Origin: Callorhinchus milii
Lineage: Eukaryota
DNA: 64,000 nucleotides
Assembly: GCF_018977255.1 (NCBI RefSeq)
Contig: NW_024704742.1
Coordinates: 105,464,001 to 105,528,000 of the forward strand
Direction of reading: 5' to 3'
Shown: positions 9,401 through 23,052 of the stretch, piece after piece
Layout: every line of letters starts with the position of its first letter
Position numbering within the stretch: the stretch's first letter is position 1
Notes under the pieces: model-generated
What the model was told of the DNA's origin: nothing
The model's input: only the letters and a program-made list of their open reading frames with translations
Databases searched by the model: none
Made by a program: the position numbers and the translations under genes

Positions 9401-9840
9401 AATAATAATCCTTACATTTTAGACAGCGTCTTTCGCAGCGCCAGACCATCTCAAAGCCTTTCATAGGATATTCCATGGAATGTGATGAATGTATATTTTG
9501 TAGATGAACATGGCAGCCATTGGGCACACAGTAATGCCATATAAATAGTCACCGAGTGAATGACCAGCTTTATCTGGGTGGGAGGTTGTTAGCCAGGACG
9601 CCAGGATAAACTCTGGTTTTCTTTTTGAATAGTACTTTGGGATCTTTAATGTCCACCTGAAAAGGCAGATTGGACCTTAGCTTAATGTCTCATCCGAAGG
9701 ACGGTGCCTCCAACAATGCAGCACTCTCCAAGCACTGCACTGGAGTGTCAGGCAGATAGAGTTCCAAGTTTGAGTGTCAGACTTGAACTCACAACCTTCT
9801 GACTCAGAAGTGAGAATGTTACCATTGAGCGAGGCTAACC
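9401..9840 (-). mobile_element. DeuSINE family A (SacSINE1-like), near full length, diverged
   Basis: Deu-domain text ttaatgtctcatccgaaggacggtgcctccaacaatgcagcact, head acaaccttctgactcag, tail aataataatcc. Confidence 0.85.
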
Positions 9841-10947
9841 CAACCGTGATAATTATCGCAAGGCACAATTTCCCCATCTATGTAATTATGGAATGGTGTG
9901 TCTAAGCAAACCAGGAAATTGATCCTGTCCTTATCAGTTTCCCGACTTTCTCCTAAATCGAGAGAAACTGAAATTGTGTCCTGGTGGAGATGCGCAGTGT
10001 CTCCCGGCTGACTTTGTCTCTTGAGTTGAGAGTCTGGTGGTGACAACTGCTAAGTAGCTTAAAAAAAACAATCCTGGGAAAATCCAGGAGATGAGTATGC
10101 GGGGAAAAAAATCTGGAGCTGTCGCAAAGAATCAGCTACAGTTCAGCGACGGAGAGAGTGAGCGACAGGTTACTGACGGAGCTGGTGTTGTCATTTTCAG
10201 AATGTTCTGGCTACCCACCGAGCCGCCTGTTTAATTTTCTGACAAATGACAAAATTACTAGAGGATGGGGAACAAAGGTGGGAGTCAATTGCTCTGCTCT
10301 GCTGATGGACATAAGCCTTGAATACAAATTGGAGGCTGAAATGGGATTTATTTTCATTTCTGCTGCAGAACATGAGATAAGTAATCAGGTTGTTGTACTG
10401 AAACTCATTAGTGTATTATGCTGAAAGATATTAGCGTGTCTCCTATGGGCACCCCAATCTTTTTCAAACCAGAAAAGATTTTTTTTCCAATTCACTGATG
10501 GCAGAAAGTGTGCCCTTAAGCACACTCAGACTGCATAGTGAGTAATGTAGTGTATTAAGAAGCTGTGTGATATATCACTTCAAGAGGAGTACAGTACATT
10601 TGCAGTATGTCCTGGCCAGATTGCTCCTCTTGTTCAGCAGTAATCTCCTCAGTCCTATTCTGCCCCAGATTATCTCTCACTTCCCTGAAAAAACTCTTCC
10701 ACTAGTTGTCATGCCCAGATTATTCCTCCACTCTCCTCCACAATAACAACATCATCAATTGTATTTATATAGCGTTCTTCACAGCTTAGGGTATCAGAGT
10801 GCTATATGTCTGTTCAACAGTTTTATCCTCAGCCTGATCCTTACCCTCTTTCAGTGCCACCTCCTCCTAAAAGAATATCGTGTTGAAATTCTATGAGTTG
10901 TATGCCTATAAATTATTGAAAGATAAAAAACAGGAATGCATTGCAAG

Positions 10948-11013
10948 ACAACAACAACAACTACTTGCATTTACATAGCGCCCTTCATGTGGGCAGCGTG
11001 CCGGAGCGCTTAA
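10948..11013 (-). mobile_element. 3' end of a second, older L2 subfamily
   Basis: (aac)n-ttgcatttacatagcgcccttcatgtgggcagcgtgccggagcgctt; related copies at 34488, 62298 and 14950. Confidence 0.7.
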
Positions 11014-11224
11014 AGATTGCATCCGCATCAGAACCACACACCTGAGGTGACCTCTTCCCCCTCTTATGGTTTATTGCTCCCAGGATTCTGTTTACCTTTC
11101 TGTGATTCTGCGAATAATTGAGAGGGGAATGTGACCCTGTTTGCAGGGGTTTCCAATGAGGTCATACACCATCACAGATACAATTATGTACGTGCTTGTA
11201 AGAGACGGGGGACAGTGTGGGGAC

Positions 11225-11458
11225 GGGGCTAAAATTCCACCTACTCTTAGCCTGTAAGACCAATTTGTCTTAAAATTTTAAATAGCGTAGAAGTTTTTAA
11301 AATTCTTAATATGGTCTAAATTGGTGTTTCTTCCTCGGAGCCGTGGAAATTCGGGTTACAATTTAAGGCTGCTTCCTGTTTCCCGCAGATTCTGTGACAT
11401 CAAATATTTTACAACTAGATGGACTTGGAGGCTAAGACGAGGTGGCAATTCGGGCTTC
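11225..11458. mobile_element. Degenerate MITE-like element with about 37-bp imperfect TIRs
   Basis: Left end ggggctaaaattccacctactcttagcctgtaagacc vs reverse complement of right end gaagcccgaattgccacctcgtcttagcctccaagtcc. Confidence 0.6.
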
Positions 11459-14400
11459 CTGACTCTTAGAAGCAGATAAATAAATTATATCTGTGATGGT
11501 GTGTGGCCTTATTGGTAACCCTGGAAATAGGGGTGCACTCTCCCACTTCAGTTATTTGCAGAATCACAGGAAAGGACAACACGGTCACAGCAATAAACTA
11601 TGGGCCGGGAGATATCAGCTGAGAAACGTGTCGAGCTTAAAAGGTAATTCACCCGCACAATATCTTTTTGCACAACATGAGGGTGGGGATTGTTCCTGAC
11701 CAGAATAGTTAGCGTTGATCCTTGATAACAGTTTCTTAAGATTCTGGACAAGCCAGGTGACAGCAGAAGCAACTTCACCTCAACCTGTGGGAGGAGGTTA
11801 TCGATCTTTTGTGCCTTAAAATAAAATTGAAATAAAAAATTAAATGAGATTAAAATACAGTAATACAGTAATAAAAAAAATGTTGCCCAGGTATTACCTG
11901 GAGCTATGTTTGTGTAACAAGCAGAATACTCAGTGTGTGGGCAGAACTAATGTAACTCACTCAGGTTTCAGGTGCTGGTGAGTAATTCTCTCTCTCTCGC
12001 TCTGTGGATCAATGTTGTATTTAGCAATTTGCCAGTGAAAATCCTTCATGCAATGATGCCTGTTTCATGCTGAGGGTTTAGAAATATCTGTTATCTCTTA
12101 GAGTGCTAAAATTCTGATCTCCCCTTCCAACCCCCAGCAGTGAAGGCATATCAGGGAGAGAGTCTGGAAGCTAAGCCTTAATTGGTCTTTATCTTAAATG
12201 TGCGAAACTGCAAGGGTCCATCTGCCTTCAGGGCCTTTTGAATGTGCTGCAAGTGGAAATGTGTATTGTTGAAGGTCAAGCTTCGAGGTCCATGTAAACC
12301 AATAAAACTAGCAGCAAATCTCCTTAGCGTGTGTTTGTCTGAGAAATTTCAGAGCTGAGCGCAGAATCCTAAAGAGGGAGACTTACCACCAGCACTGACT
12401 GCATCAATTTAAAATGACTTGTTCTTGCTCTTCCCCTCCCCCCCACCCAGGCTTTTTTTTATAGAACATTAGGAATCGGCTGCAAGAAGTTGTTACTGAG
12501 CCCAATAGCATGAGAGACTTGTACTAACATCAAAGAACGTCATTTAACACTATTCCTTGCATTTGATGTAGCACCTTATCATATCACCTGTTGTTGTTGA
12601 GACAACAACAAATAACAACAAATACCATTTGATATAATGCCATTCATGTTCGTCTCAAAGCACTTCACAGAATACAATATAAAGTGACTGCACATGTGTG
12701 GACTTCACCCCATTCCCCACCTACTCTTGTGGAGGTGTCATTCTGTGCAAACCTTTCCCTATCCCCAAAGGCAATTTAGCAAAAATTGCAGGATAATCAT
12801 TCGTTCCCTCATCCACAGGATTTAACCTTGGCCTGGTAGCCCCAACCCCTCCACCCCACTCCATATCCTTAATGTTTTAACAGTGATGTTAAAAGAAATT
12901 TGCAGCAATACACTGAAAATATTAAAGCTGATCATATCTGTTGATCATTTGAAGGGTCCTGGTTGTGAGATTCTGCCTTTCGGTGTCCTCTGATCTATAT
13001 CACACACCACTTGTCGTCCCATCTCCTCAACCCCCCACCCACACACACACACCCTGAGTCCATCTTGTACCATCCAATTCTTTTTACGTGCATTGTAAAG
13101 TGAATCTTATATTGAAGCTGAACAGTGTAACAGTTACCTTGTGTCTAATTTGCAACAATTCTAATGAGAATCCTTAGAAGGAAAGTAATGGTTAAAACTT
13201 TTGTTCAACACAAGTAGCTCCTTTGTTATATATATATAGAAGAAGACATAGCTTAAGGCCATTTGAGTAACATTAAACAGAATTTTTCCTCCTGAAAGTT
13301 TGTCACACTGACATACAGGAGTGCTGCTCTGGTACACTTTCAAAGCAGAGTTCCTTTAAGCTCATGTCATATGCCTGATAAACATTCATTTACTATTCAG
13401 TTTCCTTATTAAGAAATAGCCGCATATTCGACCAAAAATTAACTACTGTAATGCACTTTGTTCTGTAGTTGCAATTTAAAACGAACCGCACACTCGCCAA
13501 TGGTATAATACCATTCAGTGTATTGCAATTTTATAAAGCAAATCTGTTTCCAATCACATTATATTGAGCAAATGAAAACCTTTGAATTGATAGTATGAAC
13601 TAGTGTGGATTTGCACAAAATGCACCCAAAATATTTCTTCATTCATAGATTATGACTAAAATTTTTTTAAAGAAATCTCATAGTTTAGGAGTCCAGCTGT
13701 AGGACCCATTAAGTACTGTGTTTCCTTTGTGAATTATAAACAAAGCACAGATACCATAGAGCATTGAAACATAGATATTCTTGTCCAGTTTGAATGTCAG
13801 ATATGATAAAATAGAATCCACAATACTGTCTATTTTCAAATTGACTTGTTCCATTTTTATCTTTGTAGCTAAAATACTGCCGTAAGCCTCAAAGGATTAA
13901 GTCTGCTGGTTTGTTATCGTTGACATAGTGTGTGTGAGAGGTGCCCTGTGTTTTTAATAAAACTGGAATGTGAGATGATAAAGGCTTTCTTGGCCCTCTG
14001 GTGTGAGACTGAAGTAGCGCTGACTACATTGGGTAGATTGCCTAATTATCTGCACAAGACATCCAACCAGAGCTCCACACTTGTCCCTCAGTGAAACCAG
14101 AGGCTACTGACATGCATTCTTATTATTTTAAAAATCTTATCAATGCAAACTGTGAAAATATTTTTTCAGCAAGTGAAGAGCTGTTGTGTGTTTGAGCCCT
14201 GTTCTATACAGACTGTACAGTGGTCCAAACCCAAAAAGTCATTTCTGCCTTCAACTATGACACAAATCTGCTTGGTTTTCTTGAAGCTGCATGTTATTTG
14301 TGTGGCGAGCATGTTAAAATTCAATAAAGAGAGAGTTTTTAAAATAACTTTTTAAGTAAGCCAACTTTGTCTTTTTGTACTGCTCCATTCCCATGTGTTG

Positions 14401-15554
14401 TCTCCATCAACACTATTTTATAGGTAAAAGAAAGCTGCAGCTCGTGTTTTTTTCCTATATGTAGCTTAGCACCTTAGAAACTCATCTTGAAACGAAAAAG
14501 GTGTTTCTCAGGTAATTACTCTCCAGTGCAGTGACTGGTTTTATTGTAGGCAAAAAGGAATAAATACGAATATTGAAAATGTGAGTGAACCAACCCCAGA
14601 TCATACTGTGGAGGCACGTAGACTGGGAGTTGCAGTCAGAGATATCCTGCCAAGCTCATCAGGCAAGTTCCACCCTTCACACTGCAATTTCTATAGCTCG
14701 GTGCTGTTCAGTGTAATTGATGTGGAACCAGCAAAATATCATGGCAACTGAGTTGCTCTTTACTTCAGGCATCCTCTGCACTTCATGGTTCAGATCCCAG
14801 AGGAATGTGTGGGTCTTGCCCCTTTAAATTTAACATCCTGAGAAAGAAGACAATCTGTTCCTCCCTCCACCACCACCAACCTACCCACCCACCCCATACA
14901 AATACGCCCGAAGCCTTGCATTGTGTGTATAATGGACTTTCTCCCTATCATCTCAGTTCTAGAACTACCCTGCCTGAAGGGCACTATATAAATGCAAGTT
15001 GTTGCTGTTGTACATCCCCTGTCAAAAGTAGTTCAGTTTTGGTGAACATTGAAAAGCTTAAAAACTAGTCGTTGCTGAAGAAAAGAATGAAATGCTGGTT
15101 CCCAGGTTGATGTTGAAGGCTGCTCAGTGAGGCAGGACTGATTATTTTTCTCTCAACTCTGCCCTTACAGTGTTGGGATTCAGCTAAATTAGATGCAGTT
15201 AAATTAGATGCTGAATAACTGGTCTACTTTAGCTTCTGTCACCACTTTGAAAGAAAAATAAGTTTTAGGACATTGGAACATAGGCTCCTTTATAATTTAA
15301 CCATGTCCCTTACTGCGGGTGTACAGGAATGGCGAACACCAGTTAGGTGATGTTTAACATTGCCAATCTGCTGTTGATAAATAAGGAGTGACATTTTACT
15401 GTCAGGCTTGTGGATCAAAATGGCGCAAATATTTATACTGTAGTTTTATTCCTGACATTTTTGTTAAATTTTCTCTATCGCTTTCTCAGGCATTATAACC
15501 CCCCTCCCCCTTCCTTTGCTGGGATTTAGTTCCAACAAATATTGGTTGTTCAGT

Positions 15555-15850
15555 GCATTGCCCCAGTGGCTGTTATCATGTGGGAGTCTTGACAGTGAGC
15601 ACTGGAGGACTTTTGAGCCATCGCCAACCCTGATCCTGTCCTTGCCTGACATTCGCACAAGTGCACCTGTAGGGGAGCAGCAGTAAAGGGTCTCCAGGGT
15701 CTTCAATTTGCCGAGGTCAATCACAGCACTTCATCTGCTGCCCGCCCAGCTGAGACCAGTCAAACTTAGCACAGCTCAGGATTCGAACCTGGGATATTGT
15801 CAACCCCCAAGGCTTAGTTACCTACCAAGTAAACTTGCTGAGCTGTGGAG
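15555..15850 (-). mobile_element. Ancient tRNA-headed SINE-like repeat (family C)
   Basis: cccagctgagaccagtcaaacttagcacagctcaggattcgaacctggga contains a B-box on the minus strand; related text at 32850-32960 and 61720-61790. Confidence 0.5.
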
Positions 15851-16197
15851 CTTGTAGTTTTATTAACTTAACGTTTATTCTGGTGATCTGACTTGAACTG
15901 GATAAGAACAGAGTGTTTGGACCACCTTCCCAGGGCTGTCAATTAAAGCAGATGAGCAGCACACAAGCTCTATTTTTGCAACTTGACCCAATAACCGTCC
16001 ATCACTTTTTTTTGTCAACTGAACATTTTTTCACGTAAAAGAACCGTCGTCCTTTCATCCAGCAATTAATGTATCATTTGAAGGGCCGTAAAGTGGAGAA
16101 AGCTGAGAGTTATGAAGCAGATGTATCTGGGTATTGAATACATTGCAAGGCTGCACCCTGAGGTGTTTTTGCTCTTGTGAGCAGATGCCATTTATAG

Positions 16198-17160
16198 AAA
16201 TAATAATCCTTGTATCTGTATTTGAAATAGTGCCTATAACATTGAAACGTCTCACAGGGCTTCACAGAAGATTGCTGTCAAATATAGTAACTTTGTATTT
16301 GCAGGTAAGCACATTGGGCGTTTTTGTACCAGCAATGTCCCACAAGGTCCCATGAGGTGAATAACTAATTTATCAGGAAGGTTGCTGCCTAGGCTCTGGG
16401 AAAAATTATCTTTTCGAATATTATCAAGGATGTCACCCGGGCTCAGTTTGTAGAACTCTTGCTTTTGAGTTAGAAGGTTGTGAATTCAAGCCCCACGTTG
16501 AGACTTTGAGCTCATTGTCTGGGCTGATACTCCAGTGCAGTGCTGAGGGGGTGCTGTGTTGACAGAGTTATAGTCCTTAAGGTGCAATGTTAAACTGAGG
16601 TCCCATATATCTCTTCAGTTGGACATTAAAGATTCCATGACACTATTCAAAGGGAATATTGTTTCCGGTGTGCTGGCCAACACTCCCACAGATAAAATGG
16701 ATAATTTGCTTTTTTGTGGCACACTGCTGTGTGCAATTTGACTGCTGCATTCACCTACAAACTACAGAGTCACAACACTTAGCAGTAAATCCGGTGAAGC
16801 GCACTGAGACGTCTTGACGATATGATAAGCTGTTACAACAACAACAAATTCCATTTGTATAGCACCTTTCACGTCGGGACAACTTCCCAAGGCGCTGAAC
16901 AGTCAGGGATTTGGACCCGAGCAGGGGTCGGAGGGCAGGGAGGATAGGGGTAAGAGGGTGACCAAAGGCACTAAATCAAATGCAAAGATTATTATTATTT
17001 ATATTTATATTGTGGGATCTTTAACATCCATCTGAACAGGCAGATAGATGGAGCCTTGGTTTAATGTCTTACCAGCAAGATGGCACGGCACCTCTGACAA
17101 TGCCGTATTCCCCCAGCACTGCATTGGAATGACAGCCTGGACAATGAATTGAAACTCCTA
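16198..17160. mobile_element. Three-layer nest: family A (-) split by family A (+, 16431-17000), itself split by an L2 3' end (-, 16835-16970)
   Basis: Minus-strand tail at 16198 resumes at about 17010 (gggatctttaacatcc); plus-strand copy tail resumes at 16972 after the (aac)n L2 fragment. Confidence 0.75.
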
Positions 17161-17884
17161 CATGGAGCTCATTTGGCAAATAATATCTGAGTCAGCAATG
17201 CTATGAGATTTTATTTCTGCGGGGGGGGGTGGCAGGGGGGAGGGAAAGAGGGGCTGCATTATTTGTGTGTGTAAGAAACAAAGAATCGAGTGGAGATAAA
17301 CGAAGCAGGAAAACAGACTGAGCAGAGGGAGTTTTTTATGGGCATAAAAAGGTAGAGAGCAGGGGCAGGAGGGTAAAAAGGAAGAGAACTGTCAAGCACA
17401 AGCTAGAAGGGGGCATGGACAGAGAGAGAGAGCAGTAACAAAATGACAAATTAGGATAAGGAGTGGATTGAGAAACCGGAAAAGAAAGTTATACCAGGGT
17501 TTACCTGTCATACTCTTCACTTCTATCCTCTAGGACACATATGTTTTTGTGGCAAACATGATTAAAATGACTAAAAATACCTATAGGCTTATTTTTACTA
17601 TTACGGCTACTCAAGGATAAACCACTCACAGATTCTGAAATATTCCTTTATGTCAAGTGGGTCCCCGATGGCAATGTTATCAGCATTCACGGTTAAACAA
17701 AAATAGGTCATTTAAAAAGAGAAAGGAAAACAACAACACTGAAAGTCGCTTACAAAATACAGTCACTCCCCTTGATAGTAAATCCTCTGTGGCTCTCTGA
17801 GATGTCCTCCTTAACTGAATCAAACCTATATCAAATGCAAGGTTTATTATTTTTATTATTATTTATTGTTTGCAGTAATTTCCT

Positions 17885-18253
17885 ATTTAAGAGAGAAAGT
17901 CATGAGACCTGAGGTACACAAAATTATGCGGGGTGTTGACAGCATAAATAGGGAGACGTTGGTTCCATTCATAAGGGAGTCAGTGACTGGGGGACATAGT
18001 TATAAGAACGGTGAAAGGAGGACTTGGGAGGAATTTTTTCACCCAGAGAATTGTTGTGGTGCGAAATGCCCCGCTGAGTAGGGTGGTGGAGTCCATTGTT
18101 ACTTTCAAGAGGAAAGTAGACAGGTACTTGAAAGAGAGGGGGCTTGAGGGGATATGGGGATAAGGTGGGGCGGTGGGATTGAGGCAATATCCTTGCTCTG
18201 TGAGCATGTGCGGGCTCGATGGGCAGAGTGACCTCTTTACACTATGTTTCTAT
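17885..18253 (+). mobile_element. CR1 3' fragment
   Basis: gaggtacacaaaattatgcggggtgttgacagc, ttttttcacccagagaattg, ggatatggggataagg, ...ctatgtttctatg. Confidence 0.8.
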
Positions 18254-18809
18254 GGCTTTGGCCACAGAAGGTTGGAGATATTGGGATCTAATTTGCGGTA
18301 TTTCTTGATCGGATTGCTCCTGTTAGAATTCCTGTCGGCAGCAGGAACTCCACGCTGCAAGTGGGTCACATTGGAACAGTGTTCCATTGTTTGGCATGAC
18401 GTACTTCTGCTTCCAGGACGGAGTCTCTATTTGTGAGACTAATTAAGAAATCCTGTTACGAAATAACTGCAGATTAGACTCCCATTTGTTCACTCTATGT
18501 CATTTACAATGTCGTCTCTGCATCTCTGCACGTCAGTGAAATAGGTTTTGTTTTTAATCTAATATTCGCGATGTGACCCCCGTTATTTAGCAATTGAGAC
18601 TCTTGAACAATGCAGTTCGAGGGCTGCGACCTCCTAATAAACAGCAACTTGGCAAACCTACATCACTGCTCTGTATGCCCTGTTAAAGGAAAGGTGATGA
18701 AATGTTTTGCCTCTTTCATTACACAGGCAATTTTGAAATATGAATCTTATCTTTAGTTTTACGCTATTCTATAAACAGTAGGAAATATTTAAAAATTGGA
18801 ATTGTACAG

Positions 18810-19110
18810 AATTATAAAGCGTTACAGCACAGAAAGAAGCACATTGGGTCAACTAGTCTGTTCGAGTGTTCATACTCCACACAAGCCTCCATCCCTCTTA
18901 ATCCCCTCTCGTAAACTCTTCCATTCTCCTTTCTCAATCATGTCTGCATCAAGTTTCCTCTAAAATACGTGGATGCCTTTTGCTTCAATAGATTATGGCA
19001 GTGAGTTCTACATTCTCACCACACTTTGCATGAAGAAGTTCCTCTTAAACTCCCTTCTAGATCAGCTGTTAGCCATCTTATATTTATGCCCCATGGATTG
19101 TAAATGGAAG
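18810..19110 (-). mobile_element. CR1 3' fragment, old
   Basis: ttacagcacagaaagaagc, ggcagtgagttctacattctcaccacactttgcatgaagaagttcctc. Confidence 0.7.
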
Positions 19111-19637
19111 CAGTCTATTAATGTCCAACTAATATGCAACTAATGCTTCATATACACAAGAACACACTCTATTTCGGGATCAAAGAGACTCAATCCCTTT
19201 GTTTTGAGCTTGGAATGAAATCCCCAATTATACTTCCACGCAGATCTGTGCAACACTTGTTTTTTTACTTTAATGCTGTGCATCTGTGCTTTGTTGTGTT
19301 TTGGTAACAAAATGTGGGTTGCTTTATTTTTGTTTTGTACAAATTTTCAGTGTCACTTTGTTCAGAGAGGAACGCTTATTTTTAAGCCTGGCAGTAAGAA
19401 CGTATTGAAAACACACCAATATTTATTGGAGTTTGGATTGGATTGTCATTTAATAAAACATGTTTGCTTAAATAAAATAAACATCTACAAATTGTCTCAG
19501 TGTCCTAAGCTAGGGAGAGATAAGGTCAGCTAATGATCCCACTCCTCATCACTTTCCAGTATTAACAACTGTGGAAAAATGCCTTTTTTTTTAAAGAACT
19601 GCATACATCGGTCTTCCAAATAAAACATTAATTTAGG

Positions 19638-19950
19638 TGTCAGTCTGGCTCAGTTGGCAGCACTCTTGCCTCTGGGTCAGAAGGTTGTTGGTTCAAAGCT
19701 GTCCATTGGGACTTTGAGTCCATGGTCTAGGCTGACAATCCAATTTTGCTGCTCTGGGGGGAGCACCATGTGTCCCTGTTCAGATAATGTAAATTGCATG
19801 TGGCACTGTATAAAAAGTTTCCAATCCCCTGGCGCCAACAATCCTCCAATTAAAATTGATCATTCACTTCATTGTTGATAGTGGGCCATTGCTCTTGGCA
19901 GATTAGCTGCTGCATTTGTCTACAAGTGTATAGTCGCAGTCTGTTACATA
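19638..19950 (+). mobile_element. DeuSINE family A, internally deleted
   Basis: gtgtcagtctggctcagttggcagcactcttgcctctgggtcagaaggttg head. Confidence 0.75.
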
Positions 19951-20508
19951 ACCTTTCTCATGTGTCCAGATACATGGGGGATGTTGGAACAATCGTGGGA
20001 AGAAGGTATGATCCTGTGGTAACTATGGGGGAGTCTTATAGGCGGTGTTTTGTTAATTCCCTCCTTCACACTTTACTCAATACATTTGCATCTACATCTA
20101 GGAGATGTAGTTGATCATACTGTGAGGATGTGACTGAGCCAAATAGTGTCTGTTGAAAGACTAAATATATTACTTACATTTGATTTAACTTCTTAACATG
20201 TCATCAAAATGTCTCAAAGAGCTTCACAAGATTTACTGTATTGTGATTGCATATTTTGTAGGGCAGTTTCTTGATGGGAGAGGTTTAAACCCTCCGCTGG
20301 TACTGTGAAGTGTTGGCCCAAATTAATACTGTTTGTATTTTTGGAAATCGGTAATATAATGGACAGGTGAAAAGAATGAGGCCTCTGATGTCGTTGGCTA
20401 GTTATAGCCTTTTAAGATTTAAATCCTAAATCTACTGCTGCGGACAAATTTAATCGACTTGTCTAGGTTAGCAAAGCCGGACTGGGGAAACTTTGACAGG
20501 AAGTATCT

Positions 20509-20807
20509 AATAATAATAATAATCCTTGCATTTGATATAGCGCTTTTCACGTCGGGAGGACGTCCCAAAGCGCTTCACAGAACACACTGTAAAGTGAATT
20601 GACTATATTTGTGGGCGAACGCACAGCAATGTCCCACAAACAGTCGTAGATTGAAAATGACCAATTTATTATTGTTTTTGATTTTGGAGGGATTATTATT
20701 AGGCGTGTGGAGTAAGGAAACTTGCCCAAGGTTTTGCCCTGCCTGGAATTGAACTCCGGTCTCTCGCTTGCAAAGCGAGTGCTCTAACCACTGAGCTACA
20801 GGACTCC
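20509..20807 (-). mobile_element. SINE family B, short (youngest) subtype, possible ATCT TSD
   Basis: Complete head to tail; tail gcgctttgggacgtcctcccgacgtgaaaagcgc; atct at 20505-20508 and 20808-20811. Confidence 0.92.
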
Positions 20808-21834
20808 ATCTGAAGTAAGGACACAAGTCTAGGCAAGATATAGAGTCCTTTGTTTAATTAGTTTAAAATGAAAAGAAAGTTACCGTCAGCAAAGCAAAAT
20901 GTCAAAGGGCCCTCTGTGTCATTTCCCCTGTAGTTTGTTCCAGCGTGAAGGATGATGGGTGGGTCAGCGAGGGTCAAGACAGTCCAGAGTGGCCCATTCA
21001 ATCATGTGTTGAGAATGTAACAATTGCATATTTGTACATAATACACAACTCAGAATTCCTTCGAAAGCCTTGGGAGCTGAAAGCTTGGGAACACATGTTC
21101 CCTATATTCCAGTTAATTCGGCACAGACCCGATGGGTAGAATGGCCTCCTCCTGTGCTGTATAATTCTACGACTTAGATTTCACAGAATGTTCATCCCAT
21201 TCAATACAATGTACTGTTACCTGGTATGTTTTGCCTTCCCTCCTGGTAGCCAGATTTCCCAGCTACTCTAACCAGTGTATCTGGGAACCGTAGAGGACTG
21301 TGGCTTTCCCCAGTGATAAAAGCTACCAGCATCCAATTAGTCTTTTAAAATAGCAGGAGAGAAAGAAATAGATCCCTTTGTGGAGCTTCAGCTGTTTCGT
21401 GGCATTCTTTAACGGGCTGCATAACATTTAAAATCCTATCAGATAGCTGACAGCTATCAGGAATTTATATCCTGCAGCAATGCTAGCCTGAGGGCAATTT
21501 ATAATAAGGTGGCAAACTTCAACCATGGTGATGTTAACCCCTTCACTTGCAATTCATTACTTTAGGCTGTGTCTCTTGTAATACATGCAGAGACCTGCCT
21601 TTGAATTGTCACAGGGCTGGTAAGGGTGAGGATACAGCCTAGCAGAATGACTCTGCTGTTTCAGAGGAACAAAAGCATTCTTAATTTGCAATAACAGAAG
21701 TGACACAAGATGCTGTGAGGTACAGAATACTGAAATCGGGGCACTTAAAGAGGCCACATTCCTCTTGTGGAAGTGTGCAGAGTTGAATAAGGAAACTTTT
21801 AGAGAAAAATAGATTCCTTTCCTTTAGGCCGAAT

Positions 21835-22405
21835 TTGAAAGTGGGGAGGGAGAGGACAACGCGAAGGAATTGAGGAAGAGAGTTCCAGAGTTTCGGGACG
21901 TAGTGGCTGAAGGCAAACAGGAGGCCGGAACCAGCTGAGCGGGGCCAGTGGGTGGTGGAGTGGGGGGTAAGCAGATTGGATAGATAGAGAGGTGCGAGGG
22001 CATGAAGTTATTTGAAAATGAGTGAGAGGATCTTTAACCAATGTGTTCGGTAATTGGGATCCAGTGCAGTCTGGCAAGGACTAATGTGATGGGGGTACAG
22101 AGTATTGTGCAGGTGAGTGTCTGTGCAGCAGAGTTTTGGATTAATTGAATTTTGTTATGGTGGAGCTGGGAGAGACCAGCGAGGAGGGCATTGGAATAGT
22201 CCAGCCAGGAAGTGACGAAGGCGTGGACGAGGGTTTCGACTGCTTTTGTTGCGAGGTACGGACGGAGGTGGGCAATGTGGCAGAAGTGAAAAAAAAGAGG
22301 TCTTGGTCAAGGAACGTATGTGGGGTAGAAAGGAAAGCTGGGGATCAAACCTGATTCCTAAGTTGCGCGCAGGTTCGGTGAGTATGAGGGAGAGCCCAGG
22401 TTGAA
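21835..22405 (-). mobile_element. Old L2 RT C-terminal fragment
   Basis: Antisense L2 text: gagttccagagtttcgggacgtagtggctgaaggc, ggaatagtccagccaggaagtgacgaaggcgtggacgagggtttc, homologous to the LVHAFVTSRLDY region of the intact element. Confidence 0.8.
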
Positions 22406-22680
22406 GAGTTCAAACCCACAGGATGTCTTCAGGCAGTCTACAGGTTTATTGCTGTAAAATGTAACGGTACTTTGTGTGATACCCAGTCTGACAAATCAGA
22501 AAGGCTTGTATGTACTGAGCTAGTCCTTTGCATCTCAGCAACAGTAGGAGTGCTGCCGTTGGCCTTCCTGATTGTTGTCCAGCAAATCCTCCTGGGCTCT
22601 AACGAAGAACTGGACAAGCACATACATTAAAGAGGAGCATTAAAGGTTCCAAGAAAAGAGCAAAGAATTGGGATTAGGAT

Positions 22681-23052
22681 AATAATAATCCTTGCATTTA
22701 ATATAGCGCTTTTCACACCTTCTAGAAGTCTCTTCACAAAAGTGCTTCACAAAATATACTGTAAAGTGCAGTGACTATATATTTGTGGGTGAAACGCGGC
22801 AGCCAAATGCGCACAGCAGTATCCTACAACAATCGTGGATTGAGTGACCGAATTATTATTGGGGATTTTTTGATGAATTGTTATCCCCAGAAAAGCGATC
22901 CACCAATCGACTAGCAACCGAGTTCCTACTTACTGCTAGGTAAACAGAGGCGTGTGGTAAGGAAACTTGCTCAACATTTTTCCCTGCCGGGAATAGAACC
23001 CAAATCTCTTGCTTGCGAGGCAAGTGGTCTAACCACTAAATTACAGGGCTCC
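22681..23052 (-). mobile_element. SINE family B, long subtype, AGGATA TSD
   Basis: Full head/body/tail; aggata at 22676-22681 and 23053-23058. Confidence 0.88.

Noticed and set aside
20735..20807. Genuine tRNA-Ala genes
   Set aside because: Each head continues into a SINE body and tail, lacks a 1:72 pair, G3.U70 and an oligo-T terminator, and the short subtype has a disrupted T stem.
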